A DNA stretch of 60,397 nt, filler included, from Basidiobolus ranarum (taxonomy: Eukaryota): assembly GCA_040143965.1 (NCBI GenBank). It is 12 parts of 12 records of this genome, joined end to end, with 100 filler letters (N's around TTAATTAATTAA, not from the genome) between each part and the next. Parts side by side here need not be neighbours in the genome. Positions count along the whole stretch, not along the records: positions 25,242 to 30,181 come from JASJQH010008649.1; positions 30,282 to 35,221 come from JASJQH010008650.1; positions 35,322 to 40,259 come from JASJQH010008651.1; 9 more parts are not named here. One strand, 5' to 3'. The notes beneath the pieces are model-generated. The model had not been told where the DNA came from. It did no database searches and saw only the letters and a list, made by a program, of their open reading frames with translations. Below are positions 25,242 to 37,002 of this stretch, piece after piece (the first letter of the stretch is position 1; every line of letters begins with the position of its first letter). The position numbers were made by a program, and so were the translations under genes.

Positions 25242-26196
25242 CTGAGTGATCTGGCTAATCTCATCAGCGATCTTCACATCAAATCCTTTGCGAGTGTTGA
25301 GCCCGGTACCAACTGCTGTGCCACCTTGTGCAAGTTTGCTTAGTCGTGGGAGAGTGGCCTTCACTCTCTCGATACCATAGGTAAGCTGTTGAGTATACCC
25401 AGAGAACTCTTGTCCCAGTGTGAGTGGTGTCGCGTCTTGCAAGTGAGTTCTTCCAATCTTGATAATCTTGTCAAAGCTCACCACTTTTTTCTGGAACTCA
25501 TCTCGGAGCTCCGTCACGGCGGGAAGTAGCTTCTCACTAATCTCCAACACCGCTGACACGTGCATGGCAGTAGGGAAGGTGTCATTTGATGACTGACTCA
25601 TGTTCACATGGTCATTGGGATGGACAGGCTTCTTGCTTCCAAGCTCTCCACCCAAGATCTCGATAGCTCGATTCGAGATGACTTCGTTGGCGTTCATATT
25701 AGTCTGAGTTCCTGACCCAGTCTGCCACACAACAAGTGGAAAGTGATCCATCAGCTTGCCCTCAATCACCTACATCCAACCGAAGAACACTCGTTAGTTC
25801 TTCATATCAAACTAAGCACTCAACTAAGCTTTCAAGTTACTCCTACTAGACTATAAAGAAACTTATCTTACCTCATCAGCTGCTTGCACAATGGCGTTAC
25901 CGATTTTAGGATCGAGTCCATAACCCATGTTGACAATAGCAGCGGCCTTCTTCAGCACACCAAAAGCCTTGATAAGTGGCTCAGGCATGCGCTCGCGTGG
26001 GCCACCGATATCAAAGTTCTGGAGAGATCTGCATAGAGGAAGCTGATAAGCGACGAGTAGAAAAAGTCATGAAAATCCTTTTCTCTTACCTCTGTGTCTG
26101 GCAACCCCAATAACGGTCAGCGGGAACTTCAAGTTCGCCGAAAGTATCCCGTTCAATTCTGAACTCTTTCTTCTGGTCTTCCTGGTTAACAGTCAT
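25242..26196 (-). CDS. FUM1: Class II fumarate hydratase, 5' portion (exons 26196-26090, 26028-25872, 25769-25242); continues across the contig end
   Basis: [37 protein letters not shown]…, [44 protein letters not shown] and [10 protein letters not shown]; canonical GT-AG introns. Confidence 0.93.
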
Positions 26197-26736
26197 AATT
26201 GTAAATGTCAGTTGGAGAAATTCAAAATCCTCCTTACTTAAGAATACCATTTTTTATAGAATCAGTGATTTTATTGGCTAGTATTAATCCTGTACCTCTT
26301 GGAAGAACCAGGACTCTAGATCCTATTTTTCCCACGATTGTGAATATACAAACGTAGGTTTTGGATATCAATATTCGATATGAAATCCTAATTAATACTA
26401 AATTACAAATTAGAAAACGATTTTACTTAAATAACAATACGAAGACAGACTAACCCTCAATAATATTTCTTACTAGCATACACCCTAAGCCACAAAAGCA
26501 ACTCAATTAAGCCACTCGACCCAGCTTACTCCATCCAAAAGCCTATTTACCCACCTGATACATTCTGGAACCCCAACAATACACAGCTTGCATTCGAACT
26601 TCCAAAACCCACTGAGAGTATCATAAAAACTGCGGTCAAGAGAAACGAGAAACATGTTTATTTACTATAGCGTAAATTGCATTTCCCATCGATTTCTAGC
26701 AAGAATATTCAAGTATTATACAACTAATAAAGGGAA

Positions 26737-27903
26737 TTATGTGTGACCAGCGATTGGTTTGGGAATATAAGACTCTTCAAGGCGTTTAACTTCTTCATCA
26801 GTTAACTCCAAATCAAGTGCAGCTACCAAGTCCTCCAAATTCTCTACCTTGCCCGCACCTATAATAGGTGCAGCTATTGCTGGTTTCGTCCACATCCAAG
26901 CAAGTGCAACTCTAGCGGGAGAAACTTGTCTTTTCTCAGCAATCTCGACTACTTGGTCAATGATTTTAGAATCAGAATCTAAGCCAAATGCTGCTTGATG
27001 AGCATGATCGCTTTGACTACGGGTGGTGGTCCGATTTTTTCCTGTCAATCTACCACGAGCTAAAGGTGACCAAGGTAAACAGGCTATACCTTGATCGAGG
27101 CAGTAAGGTATCATCTCTCGTTCTTCTTCACGATACAGCAAGTTATAGAAGTTTTGCATAGAAACAAATTTTGTCCAACCATTAAGTTCAGCAATAGCAT
27201 TGGCTTTTGCGAATTGCCAAGCATACATAGAACTGGCACCGATGTATCGAACCAAACCAAGTTGTACCAAGTCATGTAGGGCTTTCATAGTCTCTTCAAT
27301 GGGAGTATCGTAGTCCCATCGGTGAATCTGATAAAGGTCAATATACTCGACATCAAGTCTCTTTAAACTGGCTTTGACTGCATCGAAGATATGTTTCCGA
27401 CTTAATCCACGTTTGTTAAGAAGTTTGACATCATCTTTTCCTTGTGCTAAAGTATTGAATGAAACGTCATCGGAGACAGGAAAGAAGCATTTGGTAGCTA
27501 TAACAACGCTTTCCCGAGGGATTTTATGCTCCTTAATAGCAAGACCCAAAACTCGTTCACTCTCGCCATTTGAGTAGACATCTAAAGAGAAATCGAACGA
27601 TTATTAAATATAAAAAAGTGATTGAGTAGTGTACTGATGATAATACCAGCAGTATCGAAGAAATTAATCCCGAGATCCCAAGCTCTTTTCACAATTTTCT
27701 TTCCTTCTTCTTCATTCATAACCCAAGGCTGCCATTCAGAAGAACCAAAAGACATACACCCTAGACACAGTTTCGAAACCTACGGATGAAATTCACGTTA
27801 GTCTGATATCCTCGATTGTCAACCAATACTTAAGGCTGGATTACTCTACCTTGAGCCCGGTGGAACCGAAGTTCGTGTACCTCATCTTTGGTAGTTCAGT
27901 CAT
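26737..27903 (-). CDS. Aldo-keto reductase, aryl-alcohol dehydrogenase/YajO-like (exons 27903-27850, 27779-27647, 27581-26737)
   Basis: MTELPKMRYTNFGSTGLKVSKLCLGCMSFG…FFDTADVYSNGESE…IATK…IDLYQIHRWD…YIGASSMYAWQF…PWSPLARG. The D/Y/K/H tetrad is present and there are two GT-AG introns. Confidence 0.92.
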
Positions 27904-29485
27904 ATTGTGTTATTGGAGAATTAGTGAGTTGGGAATGAGAAGAAACATGACTGGTTTTATATGCAGAAACCGAGTTGTACAGCCTTAATCTCTTGCATAA
28001 TCATCAGATTGCTTAATAATACCTAGTCAGACCACGTCATCAATTATGCATTGATTAGTTGTGGCAGATATTATCATATGAGTGTTGCTTCTATTTCGGA
28101 TGAGTGGAGTGACATATCCGTAGCATGATCTTTATATATTAGAAAGTATCAGATCCCGAGGTATGATCTGGATAACTATTTCAAATCCGCAGGTGTCTAA
28201 AATTTTAATGAACAAATAACTGGGGAAATTACTGTGTAGGCAGACAAAGAGAGGCCAGGGAGAGAAACAGGTGTTGCTTTTGGTGGAGGATGTAAGTACG
28301 GGTCAATTTAATCCTTCAGGATAGTACAAGTCTATGCTTCTGCTTGTAACGTTTTCGGTATGTGTAAAAAGATATCAAGCAAGCAATGTCTAGAAAGAAC
28401 TAACGGTAAAGTCAGGGCTAAATGGATTATTATACAAGGTTGATTTAGTTTGTACTTACCGGAGTGAATATGGTGGTAGCATGGCTGTTGCTATGAAATA
28501 TCAGATACAGAGACATAAAGGAAGTTTTAAATAGTATAGAGATCAAGGTAAAAAAAAGATACACATTTAGAATTTTAAAGTTCTCCTTAAAAATGCAAGT
28601 ACACATTCGTTAACTAGGCGAACGCCAACACAGATAAATAAACCACTCTTACCTTGGACATTCCAACAAGACCTACTATTGAGTTCATGAAGCTCAGAAA
28701 GAATGAAACCAGTGTCATACAGTGGGTATCAAGTAGAGTATAGAATTCATTCTTGGAATTCGAAGATATATATGGATTATCGTCGATGTGGATCACAAGA
28801 ATAGTAAAAGAGATGGATATTACAAGAGAAATGGTCTAAATTAATATTTATTAGTAAAGCTTCGCGCTGACAGTTACAAATATATGTTACCAATTGAAAA
28901 CAAATCAATATAGTACACCATAGTTTAAGATCCGGAAACCATGAACTGTTGGCTTTCTCAAAAGTGGGTATCATGGATTCTGAAGTGGGTATGATGGATT
29001 CTCGTCTCGAAATAAAGAGTGGACGTCTAAATCCCCACATAATGGTTCCAAAGAAGTAAGTAGACCAGAGGAAGTGAGGTGGATAGTCAGCAAGAGGGTA
29101 GTTATAATTGTGGACTGACAAGATTACATGCACCCTTCACATATTGCCATCTGTTTATTTGACAAAGTGGCTTCATCAGTAATGTATTGAAAATTTGTTA
29201 TATGTACATGTCAGTTTATTCTCCTTCGATTTGAAACTTTGATTCACCTCAGAAGCAACAAGAAAAAAGAAGCATAGCATAATAACATGTATAAATAGTT
29301 ACTATTATTATTATTACATCTGTACAGCTATTGCTTGATTAGCTGCAATCTAAATTTCACCACGTGCGATTATTACCATTTATTCATTAATATTGTATGT
29401 TGCTGCATACATTTTCTGTATACCTTAACTTCTAACAATGACTAAATGTGGGTGATCAAAAGTGGAAAGTAATTCCACACATTTC

Positions 29486-30181
29486 TCATGTAGACTGAAG
29501 ATGTATAAGCCCAATTATGACAAATAAAAAACTACAAGCTACTTCTTTGTAAGTTTCCTTCGCACATTTAGCTGCATTATCATACCTGATGTATGGATTT
29601 AATGCTGTAACCAGCATCAATGGTTCGTTCATGATACTGGTGATCCTCTTCTCATTCGCTTCAATACCGACAACACTTTTCTTGCGGAATCTGTGGCATC
29701 CATCAGTCAAGAGGCGAATGGATTGCAGCAAGTTCTTGATCATCACCGGCTTGAACACGTTGAGCTTGAAGTGCCCACTCGATCCAGAGATACTGATTGT
29801 TGTGTTGTTGCCCATCACTTGAGCACAGAGCATCGTCATCGCCTCACACTGAGTTGGGTTGACCTTTCCAGGCATGATCGACGATCCTGGCTCATTTTCC
29901 GGAAGACTCAGCTCCCCTAGTCCACATCGTGGTCCAGATCCGAGAAGTCGGATGTCATTGGCAATCTTCATCAAAGACACCGCCAAAACATTCAGTGCTC
30001 CGCTTGCCTCTACGATGGCATCATGAGCTGCAAGTGCTTCGAACTTGTTGCTTGCTGTCTCGAATGGAATCTGAGTGATCTGGCTAATCTCATCAGCGAT
30101 CTTCACATCAAATCCTTTGCGAGTGTTGAGCCCGGTACCAACTGCTGTGCCACCTTGTGCAAGTTTGCTTAGTCGTGGGAG
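29486..30181 (-). pseudogene. FUM1: Class II fumarate hydratase, 3' portion, degenerate and C-terminally truncated
   Basis: The [15 protein letters not shown] signature is intact, but it reads GHFKLN (usually GHFELN) and NEPLML…YIRYD (usually NESLML…HIGYD). Homology stops after AKETYKE, and I found no final exon by eye. Confidence 0.7.
30071..30181 (+). repeat. 111-bp exact terminal direct repeat of 25242-25352
   Basis: CTGAGTGATCTGGCTAATC…TAGTCGTGGGAG is identical at both ends of contig 6. Confidence 0.95.
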
Positions 30182-30869
30182 NNNNNNNNNNNNNNNNNNN
30201 NNNNNNNNNNNNNNNNNNNNNNNNNTTAATTAATTAANNNNNNNNNNNNNNNNNNNNNNNNNNNNNNNNNNNNNNNNNNNNAATATAAAATGAACGTGGG
30301 AAGTATGCCCAAGGTCATCACGAATTATTTGGTTAACTTCTCCAATATAGTTTATTAGTGACTTCAAATGGTTAATAATAATAACATAATTGGGAGTTGT
30401 GCTTGAGAGAATATGTGCTATCAGTTATTCGATATAAAAGAAGCAATTTCCTGATATAGATAGTATGCAAACAACCAGATCAAGATTTTGATCTATTCAT
30501 CGAAGTCCTATGTCATTTGAATAAGAAAGTCAGCTCAAAATGGCACTAATTCTAGATGATGACGTATATAGGAATAAACATGTTAATGAAAATGTGTACA
30601 TTCCGGTGAAGCCATCACTATGTTATAATTTGCTGGAATATTCACTGTATTTCAATGCAACGGTGCAATGGTGACTCTAATGAATTTTTATTCTCACTGT
30701 TGGTCAATGATAATCGAGTTTGCATACAGGTGCACTGATACGGGTGCACTGATACGGGTGATGCATAGGAATACTGACTTCCTTCTTTTGGAACATTTAT
30801 GTTATCCAAGAAGTGGATGTGATCTCTTTATTGTATTTATCATCAGGGTGTTGGATAAATGAACAAGCA

Positions 30870-32048
30870 TTAACATTCTTCTGTGTTTGGTTCATCATCT
30901 TCAAAGCATGATCTGACTCCGGGCCAAAATTCTACTGGTTCGCAATAACGAATCTTTTTCTTTCTTCCAAGCTCATTGATGGCTGCAAAATCTTCTTCGG
31001 GCAACTCGTATAACTCGAAGTTGCTCTTGATTCGTTCGGGATTTGCTGATTTGGGTACCACCGCTGTCCCACGCTGAACAGCCCAGGACAACATCACTTG
31101 AGCTGGAGATTTGTGCAGTTTTTTGGCGATTTCATGAACCTAAAGAAAAATTTGGTTATGTTGAGTATGCCTACTTATAATTGCATAGTGGACTCACCAG
31201 TGGCTCATCCATGGCTCTGGGTGATCTAGGCCCTCCCAAAGGAGAGTAGGCGGTGAGGAGGATATTATGCTTGTTGCAGAATTGTAATAGCTTTTCTTGG
31301 GGAAGATATGGATGTAATTCTACTTGATTGATGACAGGTACTATCTTGCAGCTATCGATAATCTCTTGAAGACGAGGAATGTTGAAGTTCGAAACCCCAA
31401 TAGCTAATTTATATTAGAAATCAATTACAAATTCATTGCCCAGAGAAAAAACACAACCAACATTTCACTTTTCCAGATTCGACCAATTTCTCCATGGCTT
31501 TCCAGGTATCTATAATACTGACGTCCTCAGTAAGGACAAATCCTTGGGCGTCCTTTGGCGTTTCGTCACCGCCAGATTTGAACGCTTGAGGCCACTAAAA
31601 AAATACTGATGATTATTTGCCCTAGGGGAATCATCTTACAGGAATACTTACATGCATTAGATAGAGATCCAAGTAGTCCAGCTTCAATTCGGCTAATGTA
31701 GTATCTAAAGCTGGTTCGACGTCCTCCGGGCGATGGCAATTATTCCACCTGATTAACTCGTATTAGTGCCAGATTATGGTTTTAAAGTAGCCTAGTGAGT
31801 ACTTACAATTTACTTGTGACATGATACTCCTTGCGAGGTACCTTGGTCTCCGCAAATGCTTCTCCGATCTTTGCTTGATTCTGATAAAAGCTAGCGCAAT
31901 CAAAGTGGCGATAGCCAGCGTCCAACCCGGCGAGAACAGCATTTTTCACATCCTCTTTATCTGCCTCGCTGCTGGCCTCATAGGTGCCTAATCCAATGGC
32001 AGGGATTTGCTCTCCGTTGTTCAGTGTAAATTTGGTTTGAATAGTCAT
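30870..32048 (-). CDS. Aldo-keto reductase, AKR1/GCY1-like (exons 32048-31807, 31748-31652, 31594-31462, 31403-31198, 31139-30870)
   Basis: [66 protein letters not shown] and VVPKS; four GT-AG introns that splice in frame. Confidence 0.92.
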
Positions 32049-34581
32049 CTTGATACTTGTTGACAACTAAGGCAAATACTACTTTATATACTAGAGTCAA
32101 CAACCCTTGTACTTTAATAAAGGACTAAAGTCGAGGGTGGTGAATTAATAATCGCGATCGATCTTGATCAAGTGGCCAATGAATATCTTCATCAGGAGTC
32201 AAAGATGGATAAAATTCCCACTCTAGATAACTTTTTTTATTCACCTCAACCCGGATCTACAATAATTCAATAGAATCCAGTTCCGGCTGACGGGACGCAC
32301 CTTCATATCGTCAAATTCATTCTATCATAGGGTTTAGTTCCAGTTAACCGGCTGGCAGGAACCCAATCCAAGGTTGAATCGAACCGCGCTTGAGTAGAGG
32401 CGAGTGGGGTGAGAGTAACACTGTAACACTATCGAGGTGCTCGTTGGGGAACAGTAGTGTTAGGAATGCCAAACCAGATCCGGGTCGCTGATTGGCATTG
32501 GGAGAGTTGATGAGTACCAATATTACGGACTTCTACACGGCGTAGATTCTGCACTCCAAACTCAACACCTCATTGCCTATTATATTGCTGCTTCTTTTTT
32601 TAAAGAGGAGAATGATGGAAGAATCAGATATTCAGATCAATTCTCATTATGAAGTATCCAGTTATTCCAGCAATTACCCTTACAACTTGTTCTTATCCGT
32701 CTTTGGCAGTCCAAAGCTTAAGCCGATTCACCACTACTCTTCAGATGCGTTAATGTTTGAAGTTTTAACTGCCGTCATTAGGCAGAAGGAGATGGCTATC
32801 CTTGATACTGGATTCACCAGATCATTCGCACAAAAGATGATCTCCTTTCTCAAGAATACCATTTAGTGACTGGATTCTTTCTCAGAAGACACTAATCTAC
32901 AACCTCGTAAAGAATAGATTTCCCTCTTGAAGCTTTGAATCTCACTGCAACAGCCTATGGTAGAGCTCAAAATACTGTACCTGATGTATCTTTAGCATTT
33001 CCAAATACTTTAATGAAAATCGTCTGGAATTATCTACTTCTGACTGCGCTAACGCTTGATTTCCATCGGAGCTACTATATATGGTATTTTTAGTTTAGGC
33101 TAAAGGCAACAGGTCACCTTTTTAGTGATAGCTAATCGTAAACTAACCTTAAGGTACACTAAGTAAATTAATTTCCATATGCACATATAAATATCAATAA
33201 TTAGACTTGTTCCCTGTGATAGTGCCAGATTGTGCTGTATATATCATATTGGATAAATTAATCTAAAATTTATGCGGCACAATTTGTCACTATCCAGCAC
33301 CCTCTGGCATGATCAATTTCAATAATATTTACTCTAATATAATGATCCAAGGCCCGATAAAACCTGGCACAATGGAACAAGTCCATTAAACTGAGCTCTT
33401 TCCTATATATAGCAATCCGTACTCACCTCGTTAATATCCATTCTATGGAGCGACGCGAAAGACATATGTGTGTATGGTTTGAGGAAAGCCTTAAATTACA
33501 TATATACATACGACCTTTATTATTTTTAAAGTTACACACATATACCTATTACCGCCAACAAATTATATTGATGCACGTGCTGGAAGGTACTTGCCATAAT
33601 TAACGCCAACTTATATAGGTATGAAACCTAACAAAGAGCACTACTAATGCTCCAGTTGATGTTAAATAGCCTATCCACCAACCGATACCAAATTACTTGT
33701 GCTTATTTAGGCTAGGCGACTTCTTACTTACATCTGTAATATGATCTTTATGTGTTACGTCCCTAGCGAACTGGCTATATGTTTGCTTATGAATTTATAG
33801 TTGATTCTCAAGATGATTACTAGTTCTTTTTGCTACCGAGAATAAAAATGTCACGTACACATTAAAACTATCTAGTGCATAACTGGAAGAATGTAGTCAT
33901 AATACCGGCTAAAAGAAAGAGACAATAAGGCAAGAGGTACATCTTTTTACCATATTACATAGAGTGTATTTTTATTCACTTCTCTTCAATTTGGTTAAAA
34001 TTATGCATTCCATCAAGATTACGGCTTATAGTATGCTTCGTAAGTCACATACTACTCCTATAAAATTAGACCTTGTCATCATAACAAAAAATTATTGGCA
34101 AAGAAAATAGCAACTCAACAAGTAAAATTTACTCTAAAGGAACAATTTCCTATGAGACAGTAATGATGTATGTAAACATTGACATCAAATTCACTGTTAC
34201 AACTTGGGGTATTGAACATAAGTTGATTTAGAAAGAGCACTTAGTTTCCCAAAATTTACAAGCCGCTCAGAAACTCAGGGAAATGAGTATCTCCCACCAC
34301 AGGAGCAAGTGGTTGCTTACCCTCAGCTCATTACTTCAGTACTTCATTCAGATTTCATGGATTGAAATCCATGGAAAACGTAATAGTAATACATCACAAC
34401 CCTTTTTGTATTAGCAGACTTTTGTGATACCAATCACATTAGAAATCGAGACATTATGGGCAACATATCTTCCACAGCATTAACGGACGCTTAATTCAGC
34501 ACGTTCAACCATGAACCCATACGTAGAGAAGTTATATAGATAGCATTGAATCCATACCTAGTTCTCGTTCAATGTTAAATA

Positions 34582-34599
34582 ATATATATATATATATAT
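34582..34599. repeat. (AT)n microsatellite
   Basis: Run of about 9 AT dinucleotides. Confidence 0.8.
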
Positions 34600-34901
34600 C
34601 ATGAATGATTAACTAAAAGTTGGCAATCATGAATCCTTCATATGCTTTGATGTGTTACGAGCAATATGACTATATACGAATGAGAAGGTATTAGAAATAG
34701 GACCATCTGTACCAGAATATACGAATAATATTTCAAAATTACTGCGTATTACCGTAGGAGTAGTCCTTGGATGTGGTGGCTTCGCCTTCACGTGTCAGCT
34801 TTCTAAGCCACTTCTTGTTATATAACGGAGTAGCAAGTAAATATATCACTATACTTGAATACCAATTCATTTGATAACCTGTAAAACCAACATTTTCCAA
34901 C

Positions 34902-35221
34902 ATGCCTTCTAACCAACATCAATCACAAAGCCGCTTCGAAAGAGGTTTGACTCGCAGAAGTGATCAGAAAAATAACTCTCGCTATGGCCGCCAATACGAA
35001 CAAGTTGAGTATAATAACGAGTACGAACGCGGTATCTCTGGAAGAAATGGCCAACAAAACTACCCTCGCTCCCACTATGGCCGTCAATATGAGCAAGATG
35101 AGTATGATAACGAATACGAACGTGGTGTGTCTCGCAGAAACGGTCAGCAAAACTATCCTCGCTCCCGCTATGGCCGTCAATACGAGCAAGACGAGTTAGA
35201 TAACGAATACGAACGTGGTGT
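34902..35221 (+). CDS. Q/N/Y/R/G-rich protein with 31-aa tandem repeats; truncated at the contig end
   Basis: The ATG has CAACATG context with TATATAA about 80 bp upstream. The repeat YERG(I/V)S(G/R)RNGQQNYPRS(H/R)YGRQYEQDE(Y/L)DNE recurs with a 93-bp period and shows synonymous variation. Confidence 0.75.
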
Positions 35222-35321
35222 NNNNNNNNNNNNNNNNNNNNNNNNNNNNNNNNNNNNNNNNNNNNTTAATTAATTAANNNNNNNNNNNNNNNNNNNNNNN
35301 NNNNNNNNNNNNNNNNNNNNN

Positions 35322-36400
35322 CTGCCTGATAAGTATTGGCAGCATTGGGAGTTGTTTGTGAATGTTGTTAATATATTCTTACGGCATCAACACACATTGG
35401 CAGATCTCAGGCAGATACAGCGACTGTGCAAAGATTTTGTAATTGGGCATGAAAAACTTTATTGCAGGCTTAAAGAAGATATACTGAGTCTATGCTGGTA
35501 TTCAGTACATTCCCTGCTGCATCTTTCACATTGCTTGGAGACTATAGGCCCTTGCTATAAATTTTGGAAGTAACCTATGGAGTGCACCTGGGGTGAACTG
35601 ATGCTCCATGCAAAATCATCAATATTACCATAGGCTAAACTTATTAACAATGTATCCACAAAATCAGTGATAGATGTAATGCAATGGGATAAGGAGACTC
35701 CAGAGTTTATTAGCCTTGCAACCCTTAACAGTAATTTGAGAATTGTTATGGGAGTATAACCATCACAATGTTGATCCATCTGGGATTAACTATGTACTCA
35801 CTGTCATAGTTTGATCAAGTTATAATAATAGTTGCATGTGATTGGCAACAATCTCAGTGAACTATGGATCAACACATATGCAAAAATGTAACTCAAATTT
35901 TACACCTTTGCCACTATAATGCTAATTTGTAACCTTTGATAACCCTAGTGTGCTTGATATATTCTCCCAAATATTTTTGTAGAGTTTTTCATTCCTGAGG
36001 CTTAGCTCATATCCAACCCAAGTTTTTATCAGTATCTCCATCAAAGCTCACCATTGTATTAACATTGCTGAATTAACATTCTTACAGCTATATGATGGAA
36101 ACCCTGCAATATTGTCCCACTCTGTATTAAGTTCTTCCCAGATATATGCATGGTCAACACTACACTCAGTGTCAAATTGAATGTTCTTCTTCAGAAGCAA
36201 CTTTCTGCATTCTTGCACTGTGTTTTTCCCTTCATACTTATAAAAATACCCCTCAAGCACTTTTCTAATGTTAATATGATCTTTGCAGTGTTTGTGTATC
36301 TTTTTACTTGCCTTTAAGCTTGAAGCTACTTTCAACACTTTGAAAAGTACCGGTTAAGGTTGGAGAGCTATGGGTTTTACTTCAAGGTGTTAAAGCTCGT
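35322..36400. mobile_element. Nested CACTA-like fragments: transposase C-terminus (+, 35322-35720), then a 'B' terminus (about 35723) and ORF2 (-)
   Basis: ORF 35352-35573 is transposase; the terminus reads CCTTAACAGTAATTTGAG; ORF 36048-36338 is ORF2. Confidence 0.75.
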
Positions 36401-36420
36401 TAAGAGGTGTCTGATAGAAG

Positions 36421-36928
36421 TGTTAAGGGGTTTTTATGGTGTTTTGAAAGAGATTTGGATTTGTGAATTAGGCACTCAATTTGGTGATATTTTCAATTCC
36501 TACACATGAATTTAGTGATAAAAGTGCTTTTGACAAGACTTGAACTTGTGAATCAGGCACTCAATTTGATGTTATTTCAATTTTTACAACTGATTGAGTC
36601 ATAAAAGTGTTTGGGACAAGATTTGGATTTGTGAATAGGACACTTAAGTTTTATTGTATTGAACATGTTCTATTTATAGCATACTTTGAAAAAGGGCTGT
36701 TGGATGCTCCTAATCCATAACAAACATGCCTACTAAGCATGAGTGAAAGTTTGAGATAATATGGAGAGATTTTGAGAACATATTGAAAATTGATCAGAGA
36801 TCTATTAAGACTTCAATCAATTAGAGCAATAAGCATATGTTCTTAAAAGACAGAATTGAGTGCTAAACAATCTAAATATATATATATGCACTACTAAATA
36901 ATGAGTTGCTATTTACCTAATTTCAACA
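36421..36928 (-). mobile_element. Copia 3' LTR (second family, 508 bp, with internal ~85-bp triplication)
   Basis: TGTTAAGGGG…TTTCAACA; lies just downstream of the RNase H end at 37003; homologous to 39336-39678. Confidence 0.75.
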
Positions 36929-37002
36929 TTCTAACTCAACTAACAAATTTGTATTTCTTTTAAACTTAACTTATATCATTATAATTTAAAGTATGACTGA
37001 GA

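Noticed and set aside
28614..29133. ORFs of 60 and 118 aa between the AKR and the fumarase 3' half
   Set aside because: No recognisable motifs or convincing start; only a short 21-bp duplication near 28960-29000.
26737..32048. Tandem AKR gene cluster
   Set aside because: The two AKRs lie on different contigs separated by an artificial linker and belong to different subfamilies.
32326..32340. CTAAACCCTA (minus strand) as a telomerase RNA template
   Set aside because: A 10-mer is expected by chance, it would template TTTAGGG, and I could identify no supporting pseudoknot or other conserved element.
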